The translations under genes were made by a program, and so were the position numbers. 64,000 nt of DNA from Candidatus Parvarchaeota archaeon. Lineage in GTDB: Archaea; Nanobdellota; Nanobdellia; JAFCGN01. Below, piece after piece: positions 1 through 9,227 of the stretch. The notes under the pieces were generated by a model. It saw nothing but the letters and a program-made list of their open reading frames with translations. It made no database searches and was not told the DNA's origin. The stretch spans positions 24,596 to 88,595 of the forward strand of contig JAFCGN010000002.1 in the NCBI GenBank assembly GCA_017608045.1. Direction: 5' to 3'. The stretch's first letter is position 1; every line of letters begins with the position of its first letter.

Positions 1-702
1 TGCACGCTGTTGTTCTAATTTAAAGTCCATATACTCGCTCGGGTATCCAATAGGTCCTTGAGTCATTGGTTTTTTTGGGTCCAAGTAAGCGTGAGTTGGT
101 TTATAATCTCCAATAAATGATTTTACTTTTTGTTTTGTTTCAATAAAAACAGGTTCATACACATGACTTAAAGTATAACCATCAACAACAACAAAAACAG
201 GGAGCAATGCTTTTTCACTTATTTTATATGCTTGAATTATTGTATCATGTGCTTCTTGTGCGCTTTCACAAAATAATTGAATCCAACTCGTATCTCTTGA
301 ATTCATCATATCTGAGTGATCCGCCCATATGTTTATAGGAGATGAAAGAGCTCTTGAAGCAATTGCAAAAACGCTTGGAAGCCTCATCCCACTTAAAACA
401 TGCAAAACCTCATTCATTAATGCTAAACCTTGACTGCTTGTTGCACTAAATGTTCTAACTCCTGTTGCTGCAGCTCCTAAAATAGCACTGCAAGAACTAT
501 GTTCTGATTCTACCAAAATTAATTCACTGTCCATTTCACCATTATTAATTAATTCTGTTATTTTCTCAGCAATCCATGTTTGTGGTGTAATTGGATAAAC
601 TGCTGTTACTTTTGGTTCGCAAAGTCTGACAGCGTAAGCAATAGCATCACTCGTGCTTAATACTTGTTTTTTTCCATATTCAACTTTTTTAATGCCCACC
701 AT
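1..702 (-). CDS. porA: Pyruvate/2-oxoacid:ferredoxin oxidoreductase alpha subunit (runs off window start)
   Basis: Manual translation from ATG at 702: MVGIKKVEYGKKQVLSTSDAIAYAV...VYPITPQT...ESEHS...ATSSQG, which are PorA motifs. Start overlaps the porD stop (TAATG). Confidence 0.92.
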   Translation of the reverse strand, partial: MVGIKKVEYGKKQVLSTSDAIAYAVRLCEPKVTAVYPITPQTWIAEKITELINNGEMDSELILVESEHSSCSAILGAAATGVRTFSATSSQGLALMNEVLHVLSGMRLPSVFAIASRALSSPINIWADHSDMMNSRDTSWIQLFCESAQEAHDTIIQAYKISEKALLPVFVVVDGYTLSHVYEPVFIETKQKVKSFIGDYKPTHAYLDPKKPMTQGPIGYPSEYMDFKLEQQRA

Positions 703-968
703 TATTCTTCATCCTCTTTCATAATGATTGCCTTAACAGGACATACTTCTGCACAAATACCGCATCCTTTGCAATAATCTAAGTTTGCTTCAAAAATTTT
801 CTTCCCATTTTTTGTTGTTTCATATATGCAATTTTCAGGGCAAAAAACCCAACACTTTCCACAACCAATGCATTTTTCAGGAATTACAACAGGTTTAATC
901 GTTTTCCACGCGCCTGTTTTGTACTCTTTTGTATTCCCAACTTTTTTAATTACAGGGTATTTACTCAT
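702..968 (-). CDS. porD: 2-oxoacid:ferredoxin oxidoreductase delta subunit (2x[4Fe-4S])
   Basis: KTGAWK...CIGCGKCWVFCP and DYCKGCGICAEVCP motifs. Confidence 0.93.
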   Translation of the reverse strand: MSKYPVIKKVGNTKEYKTGAWKTIKPVVIPEKCIGCGKCWVFCPENCIYETTKNGKKIFEANLDYCKGCGICAEVCPVKAIIMKEDEE

Positions 969-969
969 T

Positions 970-1491
970 TTACAAGACCTTCATTGCTTCTTTAATCATT
1001 TTTGAATTTTTATCAGCTATTTCTTTTGGAAATAATTTGTACAAGCTTTTAATTAAATCCTGTATTTCAAATGATTTTGAAATTTTTGCAAAAGCAGCAA
1101 TTATTAAAGTATTCACAATAGGCTTACCAAGATATCTTATTCCAATACTGTTTAAATCATAAGTAATTGTTTTTCTTTCTTCAAAAAAATGCTTTTTTCT
1201 CCCATTTATGATTATTGTTGAACCAGGTATTGTTTCTTTAATAATATCAATTGTTTTTAACATTTTTTCATCAAACATTAGAACAAAATCAGCTTTGTTT
1301 ATTGGTGTTCTCATACTTATTTCTTTTTTGTCTATTCTGCAATAACCATGGACTGGGCCTCCTCTTCTTTCAGCACCAAAACTTGGAAATGCTTGCACTT
1401 CATTACCTCCTTCAAAAGCACTTAATGCAAGAAGTTGTGATGCTGTGAGAACGCCTTGCCCTCCTCTTCCATGAATAATTACTTCTATCAT
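970..1491 (-). CDS. porG: 2-oxoacid:ferredoxin oxidoreductase gamma subunit
   Basis: MIEVIIHGRGGQG...FPSFGAERRGGP; start moved to the ATG at 1491. Confidence 0.92.
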   Translation of the reverse strand: MIEVIIHGRGGQGVLTASQLLALSAFEGGNEVQAFPSFGAERRGGPVHGYCRIDKKEISMRTPINKADFVLMFDEKMLKTIDIIKETIPGSTIIINGRKKHFFEERKTITYDLNSIGIRYLGKPIVNTLIIAAFAKISKSFEIQDLIKSLYKLFPKEIADKNSKMIKEAMKVL

Positions 1492-1529
1492 TAGAAAAAT
1501 ATAAACCTTATAAATATATATTACTTTAC

Positions 1530-2132
1530 ATGTTAAGTCTTTCAAATTCACTTTACTTTTTAAAGGAAAAAAATATTAATGTAGTGGAAACAAGAAGAAT
1601 TTCTTGTAAAACTGACTTAAATAAAATTAAAAGATTCCCACTTGTTTTAAAAATAGATTCAATAGAGTTAATGCACAAAACAGATGTTGGCGGCGTAATT
1701 GTGAATATAAAGAATAAAAGAGAGCTTTTAAATGCATACAATAAATTGAAAAAAATAACTAAACAAATGGTTGTTCAACCAATGGTAAAAGGCACGGAAA
1801 TTATTGTTGGCATAAAAAAAGACCCTGTTTTTGAACAAGTTATTCTTTTTGGCAGCGGAGGAATACTAGCAGAGTTATTCAATGATTTCAGTTTAAGAGT
1901 ATGCCCGATTAACAAAAAAGAAGCGTTGGAAATGATGGAAGAAACAAAAACTTACAAAATATTAGCTGGTTTTAGAGGTGTTGCAAAAACAGACTTAAAT
2001 AAACTTGCTGACCTTTTAGTTAAAATTTCAAGAATATCAGTAAAATATGATTTAAAGGAAATGGATTTAAATCCAATTATTTGTAATGAAGAAGGGTATT
2101 TTGTTGTTGATGCAAGAATAAAGATGCAATGA
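1530..2132 (+). CDS. acdB: Acetate--CoA ligase (ADP-forming) beta subunit
   Basis: FPLVLKI...HKTDVGGV...EMDLNP...VVDAR ATP-grasp motifs. Confidence 0.88.
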   Translation: MLSLSNSLYFLKEKNINVVETRRISCKTDLNKIKRFPLVLKIDSIELMHKTDVGGVIVNIKNKRELLNAYNKLKKITKQMVVQPMVKGTEIIVGIKKDPVFEQVILFGSGGILAELFNDFSLRVCPINKKEALEMMEETKTYKILAGFRGVAKTDLNKLADLLVKISRISVKYDLKEMDLNPIICNEEGYFVVDARIKMQ

Positions 2133-2143
2133 ATTAAAAAGTG

Positions 2144-3475
2144 TTATAGACTTCTTACACATCTTAGTGGTTCGTCAAAACAAGGAATCCCATTATTAAT
2201 TAAGTACTCTTTTGCTTTTTCAACCTTTTCTCCACCTATAAAGCATGCAACAACACGAGTATTCTTTTCAAGATTTTTTTTGAATTCAATTATTTTTTCA
2301 GCAGTTTTAAATGGTTCTGTCATTGTTTGAGGTGTGAGTATGATTATGTAATTCTCAAATAGTTTGCATTTTGCCATTGTTTTAAAACATTTTTCATATC
2401 TTTCTGCAAGAGCATCGCCTACAATATCTATTGGATTATGATGAGACCACGCTTTTGGCAAAAAATTGTTTAATTCTCTTATTATTTTTTCAGGAAGTTT
2501 AGGAAGCACTAACTTATTCTCCTCGCAATAATCTGTTGTTAAAATGCCAGGTCCTCCAGCATTAGTGATTATGCATGTTTTCCTCCCTTTTTTATTATAC
2601 CCTTGTTTTTCAATGAGTAAAGCTTTATCAAATAATTCTGTTAGCGTTTTTGCTGAAATAACTTGTGCTTGTTTAAATGCAAATTCATAAATTTCTTTGC
2701 TTCCTGCCATGCTTCCAGTATGAGAACTCACAGCTTTGCTTCCTTCACTGCTTTTACCTCCTTTTAAAACAATTATGGGTTTATCAGATTTTTTTGCTAA
2801 TTTCATAAATCTTTTTCCTTCTTTTAAGGATTCAATATATAAACAAATTACGCTTGTTTCTTTATCTTTAATTAGGTACTCAATAACATCGCAGAAATTA
2901 ATTCCTGCCATATTACCTATGCTTATGAACTTGCTTAATCCGAACCCTTTTTTAATAAAATAATCGAGAATGCCTACTCCAAGCGCACCGCTTTGACTTA
3001 CAAAACTTATCTTTCCTTTCTTAGGCAAGCCATTAAAAAAACTTGCATTCATTTTGTTTGAAGTATTTATAACTCCTAAACAATTAGGTCCTATTAAATT
3101 CATTTTATATTTTTCACAAATTGATTTAAGTTTATTTTCAGAAATTATGTCTCCTACTTCTTTATACCCTGAAGAAATAATAATAACATTTTTTACTTTT
3201 TTTTCACCGCATTCTTTTAACACTTTTTCAACAATTATTTTAGGAACTGCTATGATTGCAGTGTCAATATTTTCTGAAACACTTAAGACATTTTTATAAC
3301 ATTTTTTGTTTAAGATTTTATCATACTTTGGGTTTATTGGAAAAATATTTGCTTTTGAATTTATCAAATTTTTTAATAATGCATACCCAACCTTTTTTGG
3401 ATTTGATGAAGCGCCTATAATTGCAATACTTTTTGAATTAAAAAGAGTGTTCAAATCGTGTTTAATCTTTGCCAT
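2144..3475 (-). CDS. acdA: Acetate--CoA ligase (ADP-forming) alpha subunit
   Basis: IAIIGAS, GPNCLG, SQSGALG, SHTGSMAG (phospho-His), NPIDIVGDA; likely start MAKIKHD. Confidence 0.9.
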   Translation of the reverse strand: MAKIKHDLNTLFNSKSIAIIGASSNPKKVGYALLKNLINSKANIFPINPKYDKILNKKCYKNVLSVSENIDTAIIAVPKIIVEKVLKECGEKKVKNVIIISSGYKEVGDIISENKLKSICEKYKMNLIGPNCLGVINTSNKMNASFFNGLPKKGKISFVSQSGALGVGILDYFIKKGFGLSKFISIGNMAGINFCDVIEYLIKDKETSVICLYIESLKEGKRFMKLAKKSDKPIIVLKGGKSSEGSKAVSSHTGSMAGSKEIYEFAFKQAQVISAKTLTELFDKALLIEKQGYNKKGRKTCIITNAGGPGILTTDYCEENKLVLPKLPEKIIRELNNFLPKAWSHHNPIDIVGDALAERYEKCFKTMAKCKLFENYIIILTPQTMTEPFKTAEKIIEFKKNLEKNTRVVACFIGGEKVEKAKEYLINNGIPCFDEPLRCVRSL

Positions 3476-3512
3476 AGTAATCTTTAAGAAATACATAATA
3501 ATAATCTTTGTT

Positions 3513-4136
3513 ATGAGCTTGTTCATAGTTTTTGAAGGATTAGATGGTTCAGGATTGTCAACGCAAGCAAAACTTCTTTCAGAGTTTTTTAAAAAACAAA
3601 AATATAATAATGTTATTACAAAAGAACCAACAAATAATCTTATTGGAGGGATTATACGCGCATCATTAAAAAAAGAACTTAAATTAAATTCAAAATCCTT
3701 ACAATTACTATTTGCTTCTGATAGGTGTTATCATCTTGAAACAACTATTAAACCCATGTTAAAGAAAGGCAAGATTGTGATATGTGATAGGTATATTTAT
3801 AGCAGTTATGCTTTTGGCATGGCAGATAATCTTAAATTAGATTGGTTGAAAGCAATTAATCACGGTTTTTTAATTCCTGACATGGTTTTTTTTATAGATG
3901 TGCCGCCGCAAGAGTGCATTAAAAGAATAAAGGATTCAAGAGAAGAAATTGAATTGTTTGAAAAGGAAGATAAATTGAAGAAAGTAAGAGAAAATTATCT
4001 TGCTCTTGTAAAAGAAAATCAGAATTTTTACAGAATTGATGGCACGCAAACAATTAAAGAAGTTCATGAAGCAACTGTTGAATTCATCAGAAGATATTTA
4101 AAACAAAATAAAAAGGACTTGCAGAAATTTCTTTGA
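3513..4136 (+). CDS. tmk: Thymidylate kinase
   Basis: FIVFEGLDGSGLSTQ P-loop, TKEPT, DRYIYSS; start moved to 3513. Confidence 0.92.
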   Translation: MSLFIVFEGLDGSGLSTQAKLLSEFFKKQKYNNVITKEPTNNLIGGIIRASLKKELKLNSKSLQLLFASDRCYHLETTIKPMLKKGKIVICDRYIYSSYAFGMADNLKLDWLKAINHGFLIPDMVFFIDVPPQECIKRIKDSREEIELFEKEDKLKKVRENYLALVKENQNFYRIDGTQTIKEVHEATVEFIRRYLKQNKKDLQKFL

Positions 4137-4141
4137 TTTAT

Positions 4142-4942
4142 TCAAAACATTTTTTTGAATTTTAAAGCATCTTTTTCATTTAAAGGAGATTCAGAAGTAA
4201 AACTTAGATTATTAAGTTTCATTTCTTTAATTGCTTTTGCTAAAAGCGTATAATCTGGTTTTTTAGTTTTTAAAGGAAGATGGTGTTTCTCGCCCTTACT
4301 CCCGTATTCTACGCATGTTATGTGGCAGTGAAGGTTTTTTAACAATTTTTTTGGAAACTTTTTTAACAAATTTTTAAAATCATCAATTGTTTTTAAACCA
4401 CCATTTGTTCTTGCATGCACATGTGCAAAATCAAGACACACATTTATTCCAAGGTCTTTGTGCAAATCCAATATTTCATCTACACTTCCAAACTTACTTT
4501 TACTACCCATGTTTTCAGGACTTAATAGCACAGCATAATTATGTGATTTTATTCTATCAATTATTTTGCTTAAATTGTTAAGTATGTTTTCATACGCGAT
4601 TTTTGGAGAGTCTTTCATATAAAATCCTGGGTGAAAAACAACTCTTTTCGCACCAAGAAAATTAGCAATTTTATTTGTTTGAAATATTCTCTCCATGCTT
4701 GCTTTCAATTTTAATTTATCCTTACTATTCAGGTTTAAATAATATGGTGCATGGCATGTTAAAAACAATTTCAACTTTTTTGCTTTTTTTCCAAAATCAA
4801 GTGCTTTTTCTTTAGTCATATAAATATTTCTTACAAACTCTACTTCCATCCCATTTAAGCCAATTTTTTTAACATAATTTAAAGAATCATAAATGCTTCC
4901 ATTAAAACTTGTTGGTTTCCCTGCACACAAGAATTTAAGCAT
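4142..4942 (-). CDS. nfo: Endonuclease IV family AP endonuclease
   Basis: HAPYYLNL, VFHPG, PENMG, DFAHVHAR, HHLPL, ESP motifs. Confidence 0.88.
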   Translation of the reverse strand: MLKFLCAGKPTSFNGSIYDSLNYVKKIGLNGMEVEFVRNIYMTKEKALDFGKKAKKLKLFLTCHAPYYLNLNSKDKLKLKASMERIFQTNKIANFLGAKRVVFHPGFYMKDSPKIAYENILNNLSKIIDRIKSHNYAVLLSPENMGSKSKFGSVDEILDLHKDLGINVCLDFAHVHARTNGGLKTIDDFKNLLKKFPKKLLKNLHCHITCVEYGSKGEKHHLPLKTKKPDYTLLAKAIKEMKLNNLSFTSESPLNEKDALKFKKMF

Positions 4943-4985
4943 ATGCAAATATAAAATTGTTTTAAGCTTATTTAATTTGTTAAAA

Positions 4986-5162
4986 TTAGAATCCAAAAAA
5001 TCCTGGACCAACTATGTGTAAAATAATCACAACTACAATAAGCAATCCTGTTAAAAAAAGCACTTTATCCGGGTCTATATGTAATTTGCTTTTGTAATTA
5101 TCAAAATACCTAACAATTCCGCCCATGCCACTTGGCATACTTATTTGCGCTTTTTTATTCAT
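4986..5162 (-). CDS. secG: Preprotein translocase subunit Sec61beta, 58 aa (absent from ORF track)
   Basis: MNKKAQISMPSGMGGIVRYFDNYKSKLHIDPDKVLFLTGLLIVVVIILHIVGPGFFGF: G-I/L-x-R-Y-F motif, IDP, single C-terminal TM helix. Confidence 0.88.
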   Translation of the reverse strand: MNKKAQISMPSGMGGIVRYFDNYKSKLHIDPDKVLFLTGLLIVVVIILHIVGPGFFGF

Positions 5163-5254
5163 AGAATTTTTACAATAACTTTGTATTTAAAAATTTAATT
5201 AATTAGAATATAAAACAGATATTTTTTAAAAAGATTACTAATATAATAAAGAAT

Positions 5255-5542
5255 ATGGAATACGCTTATTTTTTTGAAAATAAAATTAAAGATAGTAAGT
5301 ATAAACTGAAAGAACTTTTTTTGGTTAATGCTTTCTTAGAAAAGAAAGACAGGTTTTCTTTAGAGGATTATAGAAGAATAAAAAAAATTTTGAACAATTT
5401 TTCAGAGAAAAAAGAAGGTATTCTTGAAACTAAATTATCCGAAAAATTTACACCAATTATTGATATGTTAGTTTATTTAATAAAAAATAATGAAGGAAAA
5501 AATGTAAGGGATTTAATAAAATATTTAGAAATTAATTCTTAA
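5255..5542 (+). CDS. Hypothetical protein, 95 aa
   Basis: ORF with TATA-like TTTTTAAA about 30 nt upstream; no recognisable motif. Confidence 0.6.
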   Translation: MEYAYFFENKIKDSKYKLKELFLVNAFLEKKDRFSLEDYRRIKKILNNFSEKKEGILETKLSEKFTPIIDMLVYLIKNNEGKNVRDLIKYLEINS

Positions 5543-5545
5543 AGA

Positions 5546-5870
5546 AGTGACTGAACAATACCCCGTCTTTTGTTAGCAGAGATCTGTTCAAAAATGAACC
5601 ATCATTCTGCTCGTGGTATTCAACTAAGCAGTTAAAAACCTTGCACCATCCAGGATAGGCCGTTTCAACCTTAAGCAGGGAAACATCAATTCTGCATATC
5701 ATCTTTAACCCTACCAGGTTCGTTTCTGCTCCATACCAGCGGTTCTCCCGCTCCCAATTGCTTGGGTGGAAAAGAGTGTTTGGGAAATGAATCCCAAATA
5801 ACTCATTTGGTGGACGAGAGTTCCTCAGCATTGCATTATGCAATACCGACAACCACGTTGTTCAGTCACT
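5546..5870 (-). ncRNA. rnpB: RNase P RNA
   Basis: GC-enriched segment closed by a 13-bp terminal helix AGUGACUGAACAA/UUGUUCAGUCACU. CR-I GAGGAACUCUCGUCCACC pairs with CR-V AACAAAAGACGGGGUA (P4). CR-II GCAGAAAC and CR-III UUGAAACGG are present. Confidence 0.9.
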
Positions 5871-5952
5871 GTTTTTTTGGAATGCTTTTTTGAGTATTTA
5901 AGCCTTACTTTTTGCAAAAATATTTTTATTGATTTAAATGCTTTTATTTAAA

Positions 5953-6693
5953 ATGCAAATTGTAGGACACAAGGGGTGTGGGAAAAACACTATTGCTTCT
6001 TTTAAGAAAGCAATAAATGATGGAGCAGATGAAATAGAGTTTGATGTTAGGTCAACAAAAGATGAAAAATTCATCATTATTCATGAAGAGAAAGTAAAAT
6101 CAAAAATTGTTGAAAAAACTAATTATGAAGAATTAAAAAAATTAAAAAGAAACTTGCTTTTACTTGAAGAGGTTCTAATTTTTTTAAGAAAAAATTTTAA
6201 CAAAAGAATACACCTTGATTATAAATCAAAAAATAATGAGGAAGAATTAATAAAAATTATTAAAAAATATTATGCTCTGAACAAGGTTTTATTTAATTCA
6301 TTGCACGTTAAAGTGCTGAAAAAAATTAAAAAAATTGAGCCAAGAGCAAGAGTAGCAATAAGTTTTCCAGAAGACAAAAACCATATTTCTGAAAAAAAGA
6401 TTATGAAACCCTTAGTGGATTTTTATTTGTTCTTTAACAAAAAAATAATTAAGAAAAAGGCATTTAATTTAATAAAAAAATCAGATTCAGAAGCAATCAT
6501 GCTTTATTATAAATTGATTACAAAAGAGTTAGTTGATTTTCTTCATTCAAAAGATTATAAAATACATGCATGGACAGTTGATGATATTGATGTGGTAAGA
6601 AAATTGGTTTTATGGGGTGTGGATAGTATAACAACAAACAACCCCGGGTTTTTGAAAACAAAAATTAAAAATAGATTATTAATTACTTATTAG
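5953..6693 (+). CDS. Glycerophosphodiester phosphodiesterase family protein
   Basis: VGHKG...NTIASFKKA...EIEFDVRSTKD...IIIH...HAWTVD...GVDSITTN. Confidence 0.88.
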   Translation: MQIVGHKGCGKNTIASFKKAINDGADEIEFDVRSTKDEKFIIIHEEKVKSKIVEKTNYEELKKLKRNLLLLEEVLIFLRKNFNKRIHLDYKSKNNEEELIKIIKKYYALNKVLFNSLHVKVLKKIKKIEPRARVAISFPEDKNHISEKKIMKPLVDFYLFFNKKIIKKKAFNLIKKSDSEAIMLYYKLITKELVDFLHSKDYKIHAWTVDDIDVVRKLVLWGVDSITTNNPGFLKTKIKNRLLITY

Positions 6694-6742
6694 TAATAAA
6701 CAAATCGAAAGATTTTAAAAAAAGAATTATGTTTTTAAGTTT

Positions 6743-7087
6743 ATGATGGGTGAATTAAGAAATAATCCACAGAATTTTATAGATGTGTTTGCTGAGGATA
6801 TTTTAGAAAATATTTTAGAGCAAGGAGGTATTGAAACTTTAACAAGGTTAGATAAAAACTCTGCTAAAAAATGGTTAAGACGATTACAACTTGATGAAAT
6901 ATCTTTGACAGCACTAATTGAAGAAAAATTAAGTAATTATGAGGAATTAGATGATAGAACACAATATGAAAGATTGCATGCAGTTGTATCTAAAGCAATT
7001 CCTCTTTATGTTTCAATAAAGGAGTACAATAAAAAAGTGATTGAAAAAATTCTTGATTTAAGAGATAAATACTTTCAAATGTCTTAA
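6743..7087 (+). CDS. Hypothetical protein, 114 aa
   Basis: Clean ORF with upstream TATA-like box; no motif. Confidence 0.65.
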   Translation: MMGELRNNPQNFIDVFAEDILENILEQGGIETLTRLDKNSAKKWLRRLQLDEISLTALIEEKLSNYEELDDRTQYERLHAVVSKAIPLYVSIKEYNKKVIEKILDLRDKYFQMS

Positions 7088-7098
7088 TTTTAATAAGA

Positions 7099-7284
7099 TT
7101 ATACTTTAGTGACTTCAATGCTTTTCACAGGACATTCCTTTTCTGCTTTAAGCACGCATTTTTCATTAGTGAGTGACTTAGCATGTGCTTTTCCATTATT
7201 TTTTAATGAAAATACTTTTGGGCAGATTATTGTACAATTCCCGCATCCTATGCATGTTTCTTCATTAACTCTGACTTTAAACAT
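7099..7284 (-). CDS. Single-cluster ferredoxin
   Basis: CIGCGNC..ICPKVF...ECPV, 61 aa. Confidence 0.88.
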   Translation of the reverse strand: MFKVRVNEETCIGCGNCTIICPKVFSLKNNGKAHAKSLTNEKCVLKAEKECPVKSIEVTKV

Positions 7285-7309
7285 GTTTTTTAATTAGAAG
7301 TTTTAAAGA

Positions 7310-8731
7310 TTAAAACTTTTTTACTAAGTAAGTTGTTTTTTCGTCTTCATCTTTTAGTTCAATACCTAATTTAAGAAGTTTTTCTCTTATTTTATCGCTT
7401 TTTTCATAATCCTTTTTTTTTCTGAATTCACTTCTTAAGTCAATTATAATTTTAATTAAAGGGTCAATTTCAATTTCTTTCTTTTTTTCTTTCAATTTAA
7501 GACCTAGTGTTCGTCCAAGAAGAATAATTGTTTCTTTTGCTTTGTTTAAAATTTCTTTTTTATTATCTAAATTCTTATTCACTTTTTTCATGAATTCATA
7601 AATCTCTTTTAAAGCTAATGGAGTGTTTAAGTCATCATCCATTGCAACTTCAAATTTTCTTTTAAGAATTTCAATTTCTTTTTTTAAATTTGTCTTGCTC
7701 CCTCCTTCTGAATTTTTAATAAGGTTTAATGTTGTATAAAATTTTTCAAGATTTTTCTTTGCAGTTTCAAGATTTTTCTTTGTATAATTGCTTGCAGTTC
7801 TATAATGGCTACTAATTAAAAACATTTTTACAACTTCGCCACCCCATTCATTAATTGCTTCTCTTGCAGTATAATAATTTCCTTTGCTTTTACTCATTTT
7901 TTCTCCATTAATTAATAAGAATTCATTATGAAGCCAATAATTTACCCATTTTTTTCCAGTATACCCCTCGCTTTGCGCTATCTCATTTGGGTGATGCACA
8001 TAAATATGATCCTTACCACCACAATGAATATCAAAATGTTCTCCAAGATACTTAATACTCATTGCAGAACATTCAATATGCCAACCAGGATAACCAACAC
8101 TCCAAGGGCTTGGCCATCTCATTATATGCCCTTTTGTTGCTTTTATCCAAAGAGCAAAATCTTTTATATGACGCTTGTTTGGGTCTTTTTCTACTCTTGC
8201 TTTTCCTCCGCTTTTTAATAAATTCATTCCAAACAAGGTATTATATTTTGGAAAAGAAGTTATATCATAATAGACATTTCCATCAACAATGTAAGCATGT
8301 TTTTTTTCAAGCAAGACTTTAATCATTTCTTGCATTTCTAAAATGTGGCCTGTTGCTCTTGGATAAATATCTGCGCGCATTATATTTAAGTCATCTATGT
8401 CTTTGAAAAAATCTGCAATATATTTTTCTACTAATGCCATTGGCTGCATCTTTTTTTCCTTTGCACTTTTCAATATTTTATCTTCTGCACCAACATCAAC
8501 ATCACCTACGAGGTGCCCTACATCAGTAAAGTTTTGAACATGAAAAACATCATATCCCTTGTATAAAAGATATCTTTTTAAAACATCCCATGATGCGTAA
8601 GCTCGAGCATTACCAATATGCATGTCTGAATAAACAGTTTGACCACAAGAATAAAATCTTACTTTGCCTTTTTCAATTGGTTCAAAAACTTCTTTTTTAC
8701 GAGTCATTGTGTTAAAAAGCCTTAATACCAT
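7310..8731 (-). CDS. cysS: Cysteine--tRNA ligase
   Basis: CGQTVY, HIGN, PGWHIECSAM, KMSKS. Confidence 0.96.
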   Translation of the reverse strand: MVLRLFNTMTRKKEVFEPIEKGKVRFYSCGQTVYSDMHIGNARAYASWDVLKRYLLYKGYDVFHVQNFTDVGHLVGDVDVGAEDKILKSAKEKKMQPMALVEKYIADFFKDIDDLNIMRADIYPRATGHILEMQEMIKVLLEKKHAYIVDGNVYYDITSFPKYNTLFGMNLLKSGGKARVEKDPNKRHIKDFALWIKATKGHIMRWPSPWSVGYPGWHIECSAMSIKYLGEHFDIHCGGKDHIYVHHPNEIAQSEGYTGKKWVNYWLHNEFLLINGEKMSKSKGNYYTAREAINEWGGEVVKMFLISSHYRTASNYTKKNLETAKKNLEKFYTTLNLIKNSEGGSKTNLKKEIEILKRKFEVAMDDDLNTPLALKEIYEFMKKVNKNLDNKKEILNKAKETIILLGRTLGLKLKEKKKEIEIDPLIKIIIDLRSEFRKKKDYEKSDKIREKLLKLGIELKDEDEKTTYLVKKF

Positions 8732-8827
8732 AAATTTCAAGACAACTTTAAGGTTTAAAAAATTTATTAATGCAGTAAATATTGGGAAAGAAACTTTTAT
8801 AAAAAGATATTAGTAAATATTTTTTTC

Positions 8828-9160
8828 ATGGATTACAATTTTGATTTAATTGAATATGAAAAAGAAGATTTTTATAATAGAGTATTTCATAAAGCGCGTT
8901 TAATGATAAGAAACACACCTGATTTAATTGCTGTTTATAAAAATTTAGACAATGTTGATGATTGTAAATCTGTTTTATTAGATTTAATTGATCAAGTGCA
9001 AGAAACAAAGGTTTTTGTTAAACAAAAGGAATTGTTTGGGATAGACTTATGTAAAAACGGTTTAACTTTAAAAGACTTATTAGAATTAACCTTAAAAGCA
9101 ACACATGATGCAGCAGAGAGCTTTTCAACAGACGAAATCTTGTTTTTAGATTCTTTTTAA
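8828..9160 (+). CDS. Hypothetical protein, 110 aa
   Basis: Clean ORF, TTTTATAA about 30 nt upstream. Confidence 0.65.
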   Translation: MDYNFDLIEYEKEDFYNRVFHKARLMIRNTPDLIAVYKNLDNVDDCKSVLLDLIDQVQETKVFVKQKELFGIDLCKNGLTLKDLLELTLKATHDAAESFSTDEILFLDSF

Positions 9161-9227
9161 AATCTTGTTATCAGTTTTTGCCTTTAATTAAACATTTCTC
9201 ATATTTATAAAAAAATGAAAATATGAA

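Noticed and set aside
5532-5852. 106-aa ORF
   Set aside because: Coincides with the RNase P RNA; composition unlike real genes here
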